A stretch of DNA of 64,000 nt, taken from the IMG/VR virus record IMGVR_UViG_3300017760_000001, positions 64,001 to 128,000 of that record. One strand, given 5' to 3'. The position numbers and the translations under genes are program-made. The first letter of the stretch is position 1; the number at the start of each line of letters is the position of its first letter. Shown here one piece after another: positions 9,856 to 20,700 of the stretch. This stretch comes from a virus. A model generated the notes under the pieces. That model was not told where the DNA came from, searched no databases, and worked only from the letters and a program-made list of their open reading frames with translations.

Positions 9856-11411
9856 GATGGGTCTTTACATCCTATTAACATTATTGTGCCGTCAAGAGCT
9901 GTTATTTTGTCGGTGCCTGATAAACTAGTTGGTTGGGTTGTATAGTATTTAAATTGAATCCTTACTTCACGATTTAAACTTGTCTTAGGGAACACTACCT
10001 TATGCCTTATTTGATCCATAAAATGAGATAAAGGTTGTATCGTGTGTTTTCTTACATAAGCAAAATTAAGCGCCCTCATTTCTGTATGCCAGAGACCAGA
10101 ACCTATAAATCCTGTAACATTGTAATAACAATCAAAACTTGTAGTTTGTCCAGCAGAAAGATTGGTGGCACCACCAAAATTATTATAATGAAACATACTG
10201 GATACTCTTATATAAGTTTTATCTTCTGATGCTACATAATAAATATTCGAAGAGTAGAAAGGGTATGAAGCTCCACTAGCGCTATTCCCAAACTTACCTA
10301 AACCAACCATTAATACATCTCGCAGATCTCCGCTGAATCTCCACAAGCCGGTGAACTGTGCTGGAGAACTTACAAATGTCCCTGGCCCTATATTAACAGA
10401 CTCAGTAGATGTCCCTTTTGATTTTAGTTGTATACCCACATTATAATCAGTAATCAGTCTGCTCGAACTAGAAGTACTTTGGACAATATAGTTCATATTA
10501 AAATCTAATATTGCTCTTTTTGGCCCAGCTGCTGGTTGAGGTATATAAAGCTCATGAATAATGTTTGTTCCACTGGTGCTAGCAATATTGAAGTTATCGC
10601 TGGAGGCACCTTTACCATTAACTTGAAAATTGTAAACCTCTGTAGCTCCATCTCCATCTGTGGGTTGATCTAACGTTACTGCATTTTTAAGTGTTATTTT
10701 GTGTGGGATGCCACTACCATTAATGCCTGAACCTATATTAATATTTTGAGTTGATGTAGCATTTATGTTTGTAGTACCGATATTAATATTACTAGTACCA
10801 CCAGTAGCTATATTGCCCCCAATATCGATTGTTTTGGTTTGCGACCCAGAAGTAGTACCAGAACCTAAAGAAACTGAATAAGTTGAAACACCTCTGCCGA
10901 TATTTATGTCACCTGAACTTGTTGTTGATCCTAAATTGATATCTCCAAAAAAGTTATCAACTGTAAGACCACCTGTAATATCAGTAGTACCATAGGTGGT
11001 TCCAATATTTATTAAAGTATTAGTAGTTGCAGGGCCGCCTTCTCTCCCAATATTAATTGTTTGAACCGCATTTCCTGCTAATGTGCCGCCAGCAATGTTA
11101 ATTGTATTTGAATCCTGACTTTTACCAACAGTGATAGTACCTGTTGTATTAGTAGAACCTAGAGAGATAGTATCTGATGCGGTAGACGGAGATACTTCTA
11201 GTTTTCCGTTTATCTGAGCGGAATCGTTGACGAGCAAAGCGTCAACATCTGCGTTGGTCAGATTTGATCCGACTTCGAATATATCATTACCACCACGAGA
11301 GTAAAGAACTCCATCTGCGGTGTTGAGGGCTAGTTCGCCTTCTACGATATTGTTGGTGTCAGGAGCATTACCAGACGTATTGCTCCGTTTGATTTTAATG
11401 GTGGATGACAT
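9852..11411 (-). CDS. Tail-fibre-like protein
   Basis: N-terminal IKIKRS...EGELALNTADG, repeated INIG(T/S/R) motifs and a globular C-terminus. Confidence 0.75.
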   Translation of the reverse strand: MSSTIKIKRSNTSGNAPDTNNIVEGELALNTADGVLYSRGGNDIFEVGSNLTNADVDALLVNDSAQINGKLEVSPSTASDTISLGSTNTTGTITVGKSQDSNTINIAGGTLAGNAVQTINIGREGGPATTNTLINIGTTYGTTDITGGLTVDNFFGDINLGSTTSSGDINIGRGVSTYSVSLGSGTTSGSQTKTIDIGGNIATGGTSNINIGTTNINATSTQNINIGSGINGSGIPHKITLKNAVTLDQPTDGDGATEVYNFQVNGKGASSDNFNIASTSGTNIIHELYIPQPAAGPKRAILDFNMNYIVQSTSSSSRLITDYNVGIQLKSKGTSTESVNIGPGTFVSSPAQFTGLWRFSGDLRDVLMVGLGKFGNSASGASYPFYSSNIYYVASEDKTYIRVSSMFHYNNFGGATNLSAGQTTSFDCYYNVTGFIGSGLWHTEMRALNFAYVRKHTIQPLSHFMDQIRHKVVFPKTSLNREVRIQFKYYTTQPTSLSGTDKITALDGTIMLIGCKDPS

Positions 11412-11501
11412 ATGTACCTCTGTTTGTTCAATCTCTATTTAGAGTTTATTTAAATCTTATCTTCCCTGTATATACAAGGTTTGCGATAGATAAAATCTTA
11501 C

Positions 11502-14500
11502 TTATGTTGTTCTTACATATAATGTATACGTTTGTATATTTTCGTAACCAGCTTGAATTGTTGATCCTATATAATTTCCAACATAACTTTCAAGTCTGGT
11601 ACTACTGAAAGTTCTTATAAAATCACCAGTATATACACCAGTGTAGTATTCGTACCTATTTCTAACTTGGGTGCTTTGATAATTTGCGGTTGCATCTAAT
11701 TCGTTGATGTAAGTTATTTCTGTGTCCCTTGTTGATGTAACAGATCTGTTAACTACTTTAGTACTTTGGAAATTACCAGTAAATGTTTTACTAACATAAT
11801 CTAGAGTGTTAACGGATGTCTGCCTAGTCGAAGTATATAGGTTGTTTGATTGACGATCAACTGAAATACTTGCAGTAGAATTACGAGTTCTATCCTTTAT
11901 AAAATCACCAGCAAATTGTCTAACATAATCACCAACAAAAGTCCCCACTGAGTCACCTTGTTCAACTATAGTACGAGTAGAGAGTCGTGTTCTGTTACCC
12001 TCCCTGACGCTAACTCTCTCACTTACGCTCGTAGCGGAATTTTGGAAGTTACCAATATAATCACCAGTGTATTTCGGAATGTAGTCACCAACAAAGTTTC
12101 CTTCAAAAGTTAAAGTACTTTCTTCGGTATAATCACCAATAAAATCACCAACAAAAACGCTACTAAAATTACCAGTATAAGTTACTTGCCTAGGTTTTAG
12201 AACAATGCTTTGAAAGTCGCCAACATAATTAGTTATTCTTGTGACGGAAGTTCTGGTCTGATCTCTCTCTTTTGTAATAGAATCTTTTGTTTCTCTAGCG
12301 TAAGCGACATCGGGTTCTCTCGTGTAGTTTGTTATAACATCGACCGATGTATGTCTTGTACTAATGTAAGTCTTATTTACTGTCACGTCTGCCGTACGTC
12401 TTACCGATTCATTAGTATATGCGACAAAACCTATATAACCACCAGTGTAACCTTCCAGTCTGAGGCCACCAGTGTAATCCCTTATGTAATTTCCTTCATA
12501 CGTTCTGACGTAATTACCAACGAAATACTGAGGGTCATAAAATGGAAGACCTACGTAGTTACCTACAAAAACATCTTCGCCAACATACGTTGAGGAGGGC
12601 CCGCCTGGGGCTGTGCGGTACACGAAACCTATATAGGAATCAGCGTAGTGAGGGTTGTCTGGAGTACCTGATACATAACTCCTACTACCTACGTAAGTTA
12701 TCGTCCCTTGCCCTGTGTACGATCCAGCGTTATCTTTCCTAAACCGAGTAAAATCAGGATAAGGAGCTGGGCCCAGAGTAAAGAATCCAATCTGTTTAGG
12801 ATCATCAAAATCAGCTGTATAACCGCCGGGAATATGCTTTATATACACTGCTCTGCCGGCAAAAAACCCACTTGGGTCTGTATCTGTGCTTGACCCGATC
12901 GCTTCATCAGCCTGCCATCCAGATTTAAGATAATTACCAGAATATACTGGGTCGCCCATGTTGGCGTCACGTACTCTACTGTAAGCTACCTGAGTCCTTT
13001 GAGTATAGTTGCCTGTATAGGTAATTGATGTAGCGACAGAATTAAGATAGTTCTGCGGAGGCAGTAAGTAGTTACCAATGAAATTAGCGATGAAGTCGCC
13101 AGTATAGTTACCAGTATATTGTCTAGTATAATTCCCAACAAAATCACCAATGAAGTCGCCAGTATAGTTACCAGTAAAATCTCTAACATAAACACCAGTA
13201 TAATCACCAACAAAATCTCTACTAAAATCACCAGTATAAGTTACTTGTCTATTCTGTTCATAGTTACCAATAAATTCCACTACACGTTCACGTGTACGTA
13301 CCAATTTTATTATTGGTGTTATTGTATTGCGTGTAGAAACAAAATTTGAAACTCTAGTATTAGTTACAGATGCGTAGTTACCTTCGAAATTAGCGCCACC
13401 ATAGTTACCAGCGAAATTAGTTGATCGATGGAATGTGAAATTACCAGTATAGTTACCAGTATAACCTATACCAGCGGTATATCCAATAAAATCACCAGTA
13501 TAGTCACCAGCGTAAGGATTACTGAATGTCAGACCAGTATAAGTTATTTCGTTTGGTTTTAGTACATTAACAGATCTATGTTTTATTATATTACGTGAAA
13601 AATTACCAGTATAAGATACTTGATATGTATCAGTATAATTACCAATGAAGTCGCCAATATAGTTACCTTCATATTGCCTAACATAATCCCCAGTATAAGC
13701 CCCAGTATAATCAATTTCAACAGAACCAATAAAATTACCCTCATATGCTGTTGTATATTCACCAGCAAAATTACCAATAAAATCACCCACAAATTCTTTT
13801 ATAAAATCACCAAGATAATCACCAACGAACAATCTGTTAAAAGTTTTACTTACAGGGAGTTCACGATTTTCGTCTCTCTCTCCGATAAAACCAGAGACTC
13901 TGGGTTTTAATTGATCAACATCTATTTTATTATTTCTTATGTCTGTCGCTGTACCTACTGATGCCCAAGTTCCTGTATCGGTAGGAACTCCTTGACCAGA
14001 ACTCCTCAATTGGTAAGTGCCTACATTGCCTTGTATGCCTCTTCGGTACTTACACCTTTTACCTATCACATAGGATAGATCATCAGCAGAGAGGGGTTTT
14101 ATTGATAGGTTTTCTGGATCAGTAATAGCTTGGGATACATTGTTTACACGGTCAAGTTTAGCGATATTACATGAAGTGGCGCCAGTTGGAATACTACCAG
14201 TAGTTCCTTTTTTTCTCCAAATATGATAAACTACACTAGTGCCGTCCGTTCTTCTATCGGTAAAGAGAGTGGTAGTTGTTCCACCGCCTCCAGTATTGAC
14301 TTTTTCGTAGGTTGGGTCATTAAATGTGGATGGTTCTAATCTGAGAGAACCAGCGTAATCGTTTTGTACGATAAGACCATTCATCTTATCAGCAAAGGTG
14401 TCTAAGTCAGTATCATTTATCTCATGAAGACCAAGTTTGTCATCAACTGTACCATAAACTAAAGGTCTATTGCGTATAGTTCCTTCTAGACTGGTATTCG

Positions 14501-14810
14501 GGTAACTTCCTGATTCAACAGTATTTAAATATGTTGTGGTACTGGTAATCGATATCGAAGATTCTGGATGAGTACCTACTTGTTCATTATATTTTGTATC
14601 TACATATGATCCTACTTCAAAAGTACCGCTTTGTGATTGAGTACCTGTTCTAAGTGTACCATAAGAATCGGAGACATCACGATATACATTGAGTTCAACA
14701 CCAGCAAGGTGAGCGACATACTTTTCTTCGGCCGCAGACAACCGTTGTAAATCACCTTTACCAATAGGCGTATTACCTTCCGTTATCTTGAGTAGTAAGT
14801 CTGTTGACAT
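11502..14810 (-). CDS. Long repeat fibre-like protein with [YF]xG[DN] tetrapeptide repeats
   Basis: Dozens of YTGD/FVGN-type units alternate with R/S/T-rich blocks; located in the late fibre block. Confidence 0.8.
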   Translation of the reverse strand: MSTDLLLKITEGNTPIGKGDLQRLSAAEEKYVAHLAGVELNVYRDVSDSYGTLRTGTQSQSGTFEVGSYVDTKYNEQVGTHPESSISITSTTTYLNTVESGSYPNTSLEGTIRNRPLVYGTVDDKLGLHEINDTDLDTFADKMNGLIVQNDYAGSLRLEPSTFNDPTYEKVNTGGGGTTTTLFTDRRTDGTSVVYHIWRKKGTTGSIPTGATSCNIAKLDRVNNVSQAITDPENLSIKPLSADDLSYVIGKRCKYRRGIQGNVGTYQLRSSGQGVPTDTGTWASVGTATDIRNNKIDVDQLKPRVSGFIGERDENRELPVSKTFNRLFVGDYLGDFIKEFVGDFIGNFAGEYTTAYEGNFIGSVEIDYTGAYTGDYVRQYEGNYIGDFIGNYTDTYQVSYTGNFSRNIIKHRSVNVLKPNEITYTGLTFSNPYAGDYTGDFIGYTAGIGYTGNYTGNFTFHRSTNFAGNYGGANFEGNYASVTNTRVSNFVSTRNTITPIIKLVRTRERVVEFIGNYEQNRQVTYTGDFSRDFVGDYTGVYVRDFTGNYTGDFIGDFVGNYTRQYTGNYTGDFIANFIGNYLLPPQNYLNSVATSITYTGNYTQRTQVAYSRVRDANMGDPVYSGNYLKSGWQADEAIGSSTDTDPSGFFAGRAVYIKHIPGGYTADFDDPKQIGFFTLGPAPYPDFTRFRKDNAGSYTGQGTITYVGSRSYVSGTPDNPHYADSYIGFVYRTAPGGPSSTYVGEDVFVGNYVGLPFYDPQYFVGNYVRTYEGNYIRDYTGGLRLEGYTGGYIGFVAYTNESVRRTADVTVNKTYISTRHTSVDVITNYTREPDVAYARETKDSITKERDQTRTSVTRITNYVGDFQSIVLKPRQVTYTGNFSSVFVGDFIGDYTEESTLTFEGNFVGDYIPKYTGDYIGNFQNSATSVSERVSVREGNRTRLSTRTIVEQGDSVGTFVGDYVRQFAGDFIKDRTRNSTASISVDRQSNNLYTSTRQTSVNTLDYVSKTFTGNFQSTKVVNRSVTSTRDTEITYINELDATANYQSTQVRNRYEYYTGVYTGDFIRTFSSTRLESYVGNYIGSTIQAGYENIQTYTLYVRTT
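13090..13176. repeat. 27-bp direct repeat inside the tetrapeptide-repeat gene
   Basis: atgaagtcgccagtatagttaccagta at 13090-13116 and 13150-13176, with a near copy at about 13645. Confidence 0.85.
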
Positions 14811-14839
14811 TCAGTTACAACCTTTTGTGGGTTTCTATA

Positions 14840-17512
14840 TTATGTATTTAGTAGGTTGCCCGAAGCGTCATAGACGTTTATTACCCTAGCTCCCACTCGG
14901 TTTAGAGCAGCAATTATACTCTGTTTGTGATTTAAATAATCCGAATCTGACAAATCCGTAAGTGTTCCCACATCATCATGTACTTCGTTAATCGCACCGA
15001 CAAGTTCGGTTGCAGTTGTATTTAGTGTTGTGCCTGGCGTGATAGTTCCAGCAGTTGTAACATTCGCACCACTGAATGTCATTGCAGTGGTATCACCAGA
15101 TCTTACTATCAAGTTACCCGAAGTATTCTGGAATCTACCGAACTGAGTTCCACCGTCTTTAAGTAGTACGTCACCGCCATTGGCATCTAGTACTATGTCA
15201 CCATCAACATCAAATGTCAGACTACCATTAGGCACATCTATTTCAGTACCAGTCGCAGTAGTAAAGTGTACTTGGAATCTACCGTTCGATGCCGAATCAC
15301 GTAAGTAGACACGACCTTCGTTGGCATCAAGATAAATATTCTTATCGACTTCAAAAACTAAATTTCTGTTATAAACATGTTGTGTCACTGAATTACTATT
15401 GTTACCTAGATCAAAGGTTACTCTGTCTGAATCGATACTGTTATATCTTCCTTCAAACTTAATATCATCACCAGCTGCATGTAGTATAATATCACCAGTA
15501 GCATCAAGGTTAATACCAGATGTACCTGAAATTGTGTTATCTTTGAAATTGAAGTTTGCGATAGTACCACTGTCACCGTCTAGGTTATCTGCAAATACTG
15601 TTCCGTCAAAGTAACCGTTTTTCCATTCTTTACCAGAAGAACCTAAGTTATATGCGTTGTCTGATTTAGGAACTATGTTTGATGCAACTTGACCAGTGAA
15701 TGTAATGTCATCCCCTGTTCCATTACCCAGAGTGACATTACCATTTAATGTGGTATCACCATCTACATTCAAATGTCTGTCAACATCAAGATCGTTCTCA
15801 ATGTTTACATCGTTATTGAATACTGCATCTGAATCTTCGAATGATAATGCAAGTGTTTGATTTGAGTAGATACCTAATTGGTTAGAACCGATATGACGGA
15901 GTTTACCAAACTCAACGCCATCATCTTTTAGTCTGATGTCTTCACCACCAGCATCTAGTGTGATGTCGCCAGCCGCTTCAAACTCAACCCCACCTTGACC
16001 GTATATAATTCGAGTGCGTGATGGTGCGCCAGCAACACCCATTCGAGTTTTTACAAACTCAACACCATTACGATTGAATAAGATATCACTATCACCAGCA
16101 TCGAGGGTAATGTCACCAGCGACATCAACGGTGAAATCACCTTTACCCACATTTAATTTGAAGTTATTAGGGTTGCCTTCAGTACCCATCTGCCATCTTG
16201 CATAGTTATTTGATGGGCCATTTCTTCTGAATATAATATCACTGTCACCAGCATCCAGAACAATATCACCGTCAGTGTTTAGTGTGATATCCTGAGATGC
16301 ATTTATATCTACGGTTCCAGTAGTTGTTTGAGTGAAAGAAGCACCAGTTGTAACACCATAAGCACCACCAGATACAATATCGAATGTTCCTCGTGTATCG
16401 ATGTCCATGTTTCCAGTCGCACCGATATGGTATGTTCCAACCGCACTGTCCGATACATTACCTGTAACAGTTTCGGTTCGGTTACCAGTTGTTGCAATTG
16501 TGGTTGTTCCACCTAGAGTATATTGTTGACGTGTTGTACCACCGTCTTTTAATGTTATGTTATCTCCACCAGCATCGAGGGTAATGTCACCGGCCGCATC
16601 TACTAAGAAATCAGAAGGAACATGTATATCGAATGTGGCATCGTTATTAAGGTTTATTCGACAAGAATCACCCCCATCGCCATTTCTGAAGACTAGGTCG
16701 TTACCGTCCGCATCAAGGACGATATCCCCTACCACATCAAGTTTCAAGTTGGCGGGTGTACTTATTGTATATGTACCATTAACACCAAGATTATGAGTTA
16801 CTTGGTCATTACCATCACCATTCTTAAAGATAATGTCGTTACCTTCAGCATCAAAGGTTATGTCGCCATCCACATCAACAGTGTAATCACTTGGTGTAGT
16901 CACGGTATAATGACCATCATCGGCAATATTATGGGTTACTGTATCTCCACCCTGACCATTCTTAAAGATAATGTCGTTACCGTCAGCGTCAAGAGTAATA
17001 TCACCAAGTGCATCAAAAATGAAATTACCAGATGCGCTCATGTCGATATTACCAGTAGTATTCTGAATAAAGTTACTACCAGTTGTGAGAGTGTATGTAG
17101 AGTTACCTGTTACGGTGATTGTTCCACCAACAGAATCTAGAGATGTACTGGCAACCTTATTGATGTAGGTTCCAGAATGATCACCGTCAAAATTAACACT
17201 AGTAAGATTGATATGACGAACGGCATCAACAAGAAAGTCTTGACCAGCATCAATGTCGATGTCTGTACCACCACTTTGATTAGTACTAATCTTCAGTCGT
17301 GTCTGAGTCTCCCCCGCTTGTCCGTTTGGATATAAGATCTCACCAGCAGATGCATCGAATGCAGCTTCAATCTCATTCAATACTGTAACAAGATCACTGT
17401 CTTGATAAGTATTCAGTTGCGATGGATCACCGACATTATTACTCAGTATGTTGAACTTGTCAACAAACAGTTTAAATGACTCTTGTAATCTTACTATTGG
17501 TTTTCTTGACAT
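14840..17512 (-). CDS. Virion fibre protein with GDITLDAxGxDI repeats
   Basis: About 10 GDI(T/V)LDA repeats; LVTVLNEI and LVGAINEV fibre-type motifs at the two ends. Confidence 0.75.
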   Translation of the reverse strand: MSRKPIVRLQESFKLFVDKFNILSNNVGDPSQLNTYQDSDLVTVLNEIEAAFDASAGEILYPNGQAGETQTRLKISTNQSGGTDIDIDAGQDFLVDAVRHINLTSVNFDGDHSGTYINKVASTSLDSVGGTITVTGNSTYTLTTGSNFIQNTTGNIDMSASGNFIFDALGDITLDADGNDIIFKNGQGGDTVTHNIADDGHYTVTTPSDYTVDVDGDITFDAEGNDIIFKNGDGNDQVTHNLGVNGTYTISTPANLKLDVVGDIVLDADGNDLVFRNGDGGDSCRINLNNDATFDIHVPSDFLVDAAGDITLDAGGDNITLKDGGTTRQQYTLGGTTTIATTGNRTETVTGNVSDSAVGTYHIGATGNMDIDTRGTFDIVSGGAYGVTTGASFTQTTTGTVDINASQDITLNTDGDIVLDAGDSDIIFRRNGPSNNYARWQMGTEGNPNNFKLNVGKGDFTVDVAGDITLDAGDSDILFNRNGVEFVKTRMGVAGAPSRTRIIYGQGGVEFEAAGDITLDAGGEDIRLKDDGVEFGKLRHIGSNQLGIYSNQTLALSFEDSDAVFNNDVNIENDLDVDRHLNVDGDTTLNGNVTLGNGTGDDITFTGQVASNIVPKSDNAYNLGSSGKEWKNGYFDGTVFADNLDGDSGTIANFNFKDNTISGTSGINLDATGDIILHAAGDDIKFEGRYNSIDSDRVTFDLGNNSNSVTQHVYNRNLVFEVDKNIYLDANEGRVYLRDSASNGRFQVHFTTATGTEIDVPNGSLTFDVDGDIVLDANGGDVLLKDGGTQFGRFQNTSGNLIVRSGDTTAMTFSGANVTTAGTITPGTTLNTTATELVGAINEVHDDVGTLTDLSDSDYLNHKQSIIAALNRVGARVINVYDASGNLLNT
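16817..16981. repeat. 27-bp direct repeat (138-nt spacing) in the DITLDA gene
   Basis: accattcttaaagataatgtcgttacc at 16817 and 16955. A 25-bp pair also occurs at 16093 and 16567. Confidence 0.85.
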
Positions 17513-17751
17513 TATAGTTTCTCTATAAGTTGCGAAAGCATATTTTTCATGTCTGAGATATCACTCTCTAAACCTTCAACCTTTGCTTTCAGATCTTTTT
17601 GTTCTTTTATTTTTTGGTGTTTAAGACGTTTCTGTTCTAACTGCTGTTGAACCTTTCTAGTATTTATATTAACTATAGCTCCAGTATCAGGGTCACGAGC
17701 CAAATCTGGGTGACCCTCTACTGTTATATACTTTTTAGGTTTAGTCTGCAA
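17512..17751 (-). CDS. Small conserved coiled-coil protein
   Basis: VEGHPDLARDPDTGAIVNIN followed by a coiled coil; typically follows the large DUF4815-like gene in T4-like marine phages. Confidence 0.8.
   Translation of the reverse strand: MQTKPKKYITVEGHPDLARDPDTGAIVNINTRKVQQQLEQKRLKHQKIKEQKDLKAKVEGLESDISDMKNMLSQLIEKL
17661..17668 (-). promoter_or_regulatory. Possible late promoter TATAAATA (intragenic)
   Basis: Exact motif about 150 nt upstream of the fibre gene starting at 17512. Confidence 0.45.
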
Positions 17752-20700
17752 GTGCTATCACCCTCAATGATTTAATTACAGGAACTTTAGCAGCAGTCAA
17801 ACTAGAGAATACTATCTTCAACTGGAACCTATCAAATCTTGTCAACGGTTGAACTGGATTGTCCCCAATTACGAACTGATACTCACGGAAATTATTTTTA
17901 TTAGTATCCGCAGGCATATCACCTTCTGGAGATATGTAATTCCAACTCACATTTTTAATGTTTTGGTCTTTATTACAAGTTCTGTAGTATAGACCAATAC
18001 CTGTGTCTGGTGGTCTATTCACACCCATCTTAACCGAAATACCCTGAGACGATTGCGCTAGATCAATTGGAATACAGACATGTTTAGCGGCGACTGTACC
18101 ACCTAAAATGTTTTCTTCATCAAGTTCGTTGTACCTGTTATCCAACTCATCAGAAAAAATGAACTCCTCGTCAATAAACTCATCATTGTTATCAATAACA
18201 TTGTGTGTCAGTTTAAGATCAGATGACTCCATGTCTAGTATAGGACTAACTCGTGTATCCGCAGTTGTTAATACCAACTGACCAGCAAATGACTTAAACT
18301 TATCGTTGGCATCAAGTGGATTAACAAAATTATTCTCAGTCTCTTCTTCAAATGTATTGAAAATACAATATTCCTTATCCAGATCCAATCTAGTTTTATT
18401 CTTCATTAAAGTGAAATTGGTATCCCTAACAAATCTAGTTCCGTCACTGTCACTCAACGGTGAATTGTCATACATTTTTGCAGAGAAAGTATAGTTAGTA
18501 GTCTCTGGTTGTACTATATCGAAGTCTGGTCTGATCTGTTCAAAAGGCAAGTGTTGTAACATCGTAACCGTACCACCACCAGTCCTTCCGTTAGCGTTTG
18601 ATTTACCTCTTACTTTAACTCGGATACTTGTAGCATCTACACCCTGAACCTCTAACAAGTTGGTTGTTACAGCAGCCTTGTTGGCACCCTCAGACATAAT
18701 CTCAGAACCTTGGATACCATTGTAAGATGTACTACTAGTTAATCCAAATATTCTAGTCTTATCGCCCTTTCTCAGACCATGACCTTCAGCAAAAACGGTA
18801 ACAGTCGCATTTCCTGATCCATCACTGTCGTCATTTTCATCAGTCATTATAGGATTAGCTACTAATTTCATTGGTCGAAGTTTTCGGTTGGCCAACTGTA
18901 CCGTACCTTTGGTTTCAAACTCCGCACGATAGAAGACAAACGCCAGATCTTGTTCACCACGTGGTTCCCAAACATCTGTATTCTGAGATACGAACAACGA
19001 ACCTAAAGTTGGTTGTTGTTGAATAAGTGTATCGGTAGAACCTAACAAGAACTCTTTTACTTGTGAGATGTACAACTTATACTTCATAGACTTAGAACGA
19101 ATAATGATTGCGTAGTTTGCACCATTACCTTGCAAGAAGATCGGTTCGTCAAATACGAAGTCAGTACCAGTTGATAACATATCACCTATAGTAGCGCCAC
19201 TTTCAGCTAAAGTTCTAACCTGAGAAGGAATCAAGTTCACAAGTGAGCCTGGAACTCTTCGGGTACGATCTGGTTTACCAGCAGGAGCTTCCGTAATTGC
19301 AATACTTACACCGTGTTGGATATCTTCTGCCGAAGGTTTCTCAGCAAAGAATAATCTTACACGAGTCAGAGTAATACCATTTGGATCTAGTACCTCGAAT
19401 GATTGTGCAGTTGGATCTTCATCCTTATAAACCGCACCTTTTGGTTGAATAGTAACTACTCCATCACCAGTACCGTATCTAGGTATGAAGGTCTGTTCGT
19501 TATCGTAAACATAACTGGCAAGACCACCTTGACCCTGAGCATAATCATATGTCACGTTCTGTCCAACATGAATAGATTGAGTACCAGTAATCTCGGTGTT
19601 TACTTCGGTCTCTCCATGTACTGGAGTTCTGGTGATCTCAACTTTCTCATCTGTTACTATGTTGGACGCTACTATCGGATCATCCGAACTTACAGTATGA
19701 GTAGTGAATCTGTCGTTGTCAACTGTGGTATCCTGTATGCCACTAGTTTCTAATACACGAGTTGTAGTGACCGTATACTCACCCTGTAGACTTTGAATCG
19801 CACCAGCAGAAGTATATCTTTGTGATGCGTAAGACAACGCCTTGTCCTTGTCTGGTACACTAACATCATACAATTCGAACAACGCTGTTCCAGTTGGGAA
19901 TCGCATCGGAGGTTGAACTATATTAGGGATTTCAAACTCACCCTCAAGAACACCATTGCCATCAGATATCAATGAACCAGAACCTTCGGAGTGTTCGGTT
20001 GAGGTTGGTAATTCTACCTCTGGAACCATGTTTGCGCCAGACTCAACATCAAAATAATCAGGATCTTCAAGTGTGGAAGACTTATAGAAAGTCTTCGGTT
20101 TACAGAACCTAGACACATCCGTGTCATTAAAGAATGGGAAGTAACGAGTATTTGGACGTAAGTTGGTCGCCTTGAACGATACCTTTCTCGATCTCATGAA
20201 AGGAATGTGCAATATTTGTAATACACGATTGTCTACAATTTCTTCGAGAACAGATTCCGAAACAATTCTTGCTACCGAAGTAGTTGTTTCGGTTGCAGTG
20301 TTATATTCTTCTGTTGTTAGATTATAGTTTGTTGTACTTACAGTATCAGTCTTCGCTAAACTAGTATTGGTAGTTGTAACCTGAATACCAGTGTCACGAC
20401 TATACGTTTCAATTTCTGTGCTGACATCTGTATAGTAATCAGTTATAACCACATTATTAACCGCAGTTGCATCACCTACATAGATAGCAAATGACCGTTT
20501 GCCTGATAGATTACCGCTAGACAGTCTTCTTCCCTTAGTAGTTCTGAGGTGGAATTTTCCGTCTTTGATCCCCCTGATTAGGACTAGACCGCCAGGTTTA
20601 ACTTTTTTAGCTGTATAACCTTCGCCAGCAAACGTCCAAACACCGTTATTAGGGTCATAATAACCCTGAGCGGTATATGGGTTTGTCGATTTGAAGGTAT

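Noticed and set aside
5402-11411. Two fibre genes are both exactly 519 aa
   Set aside because: The sequences are unrelated beyond the N-terminus, so this is most likely coincidence.
11560-13900. Recurrent accagtata/atcacc DNA repeats resembling a CRISPR array or DGR template
   Set aside because: They are codon-level consequences of YTGD/N peptide repeats within one ORF. There is no constant repeat-spacer period, no cas or reverse transcriptase gene, and no adenine-specific variation.
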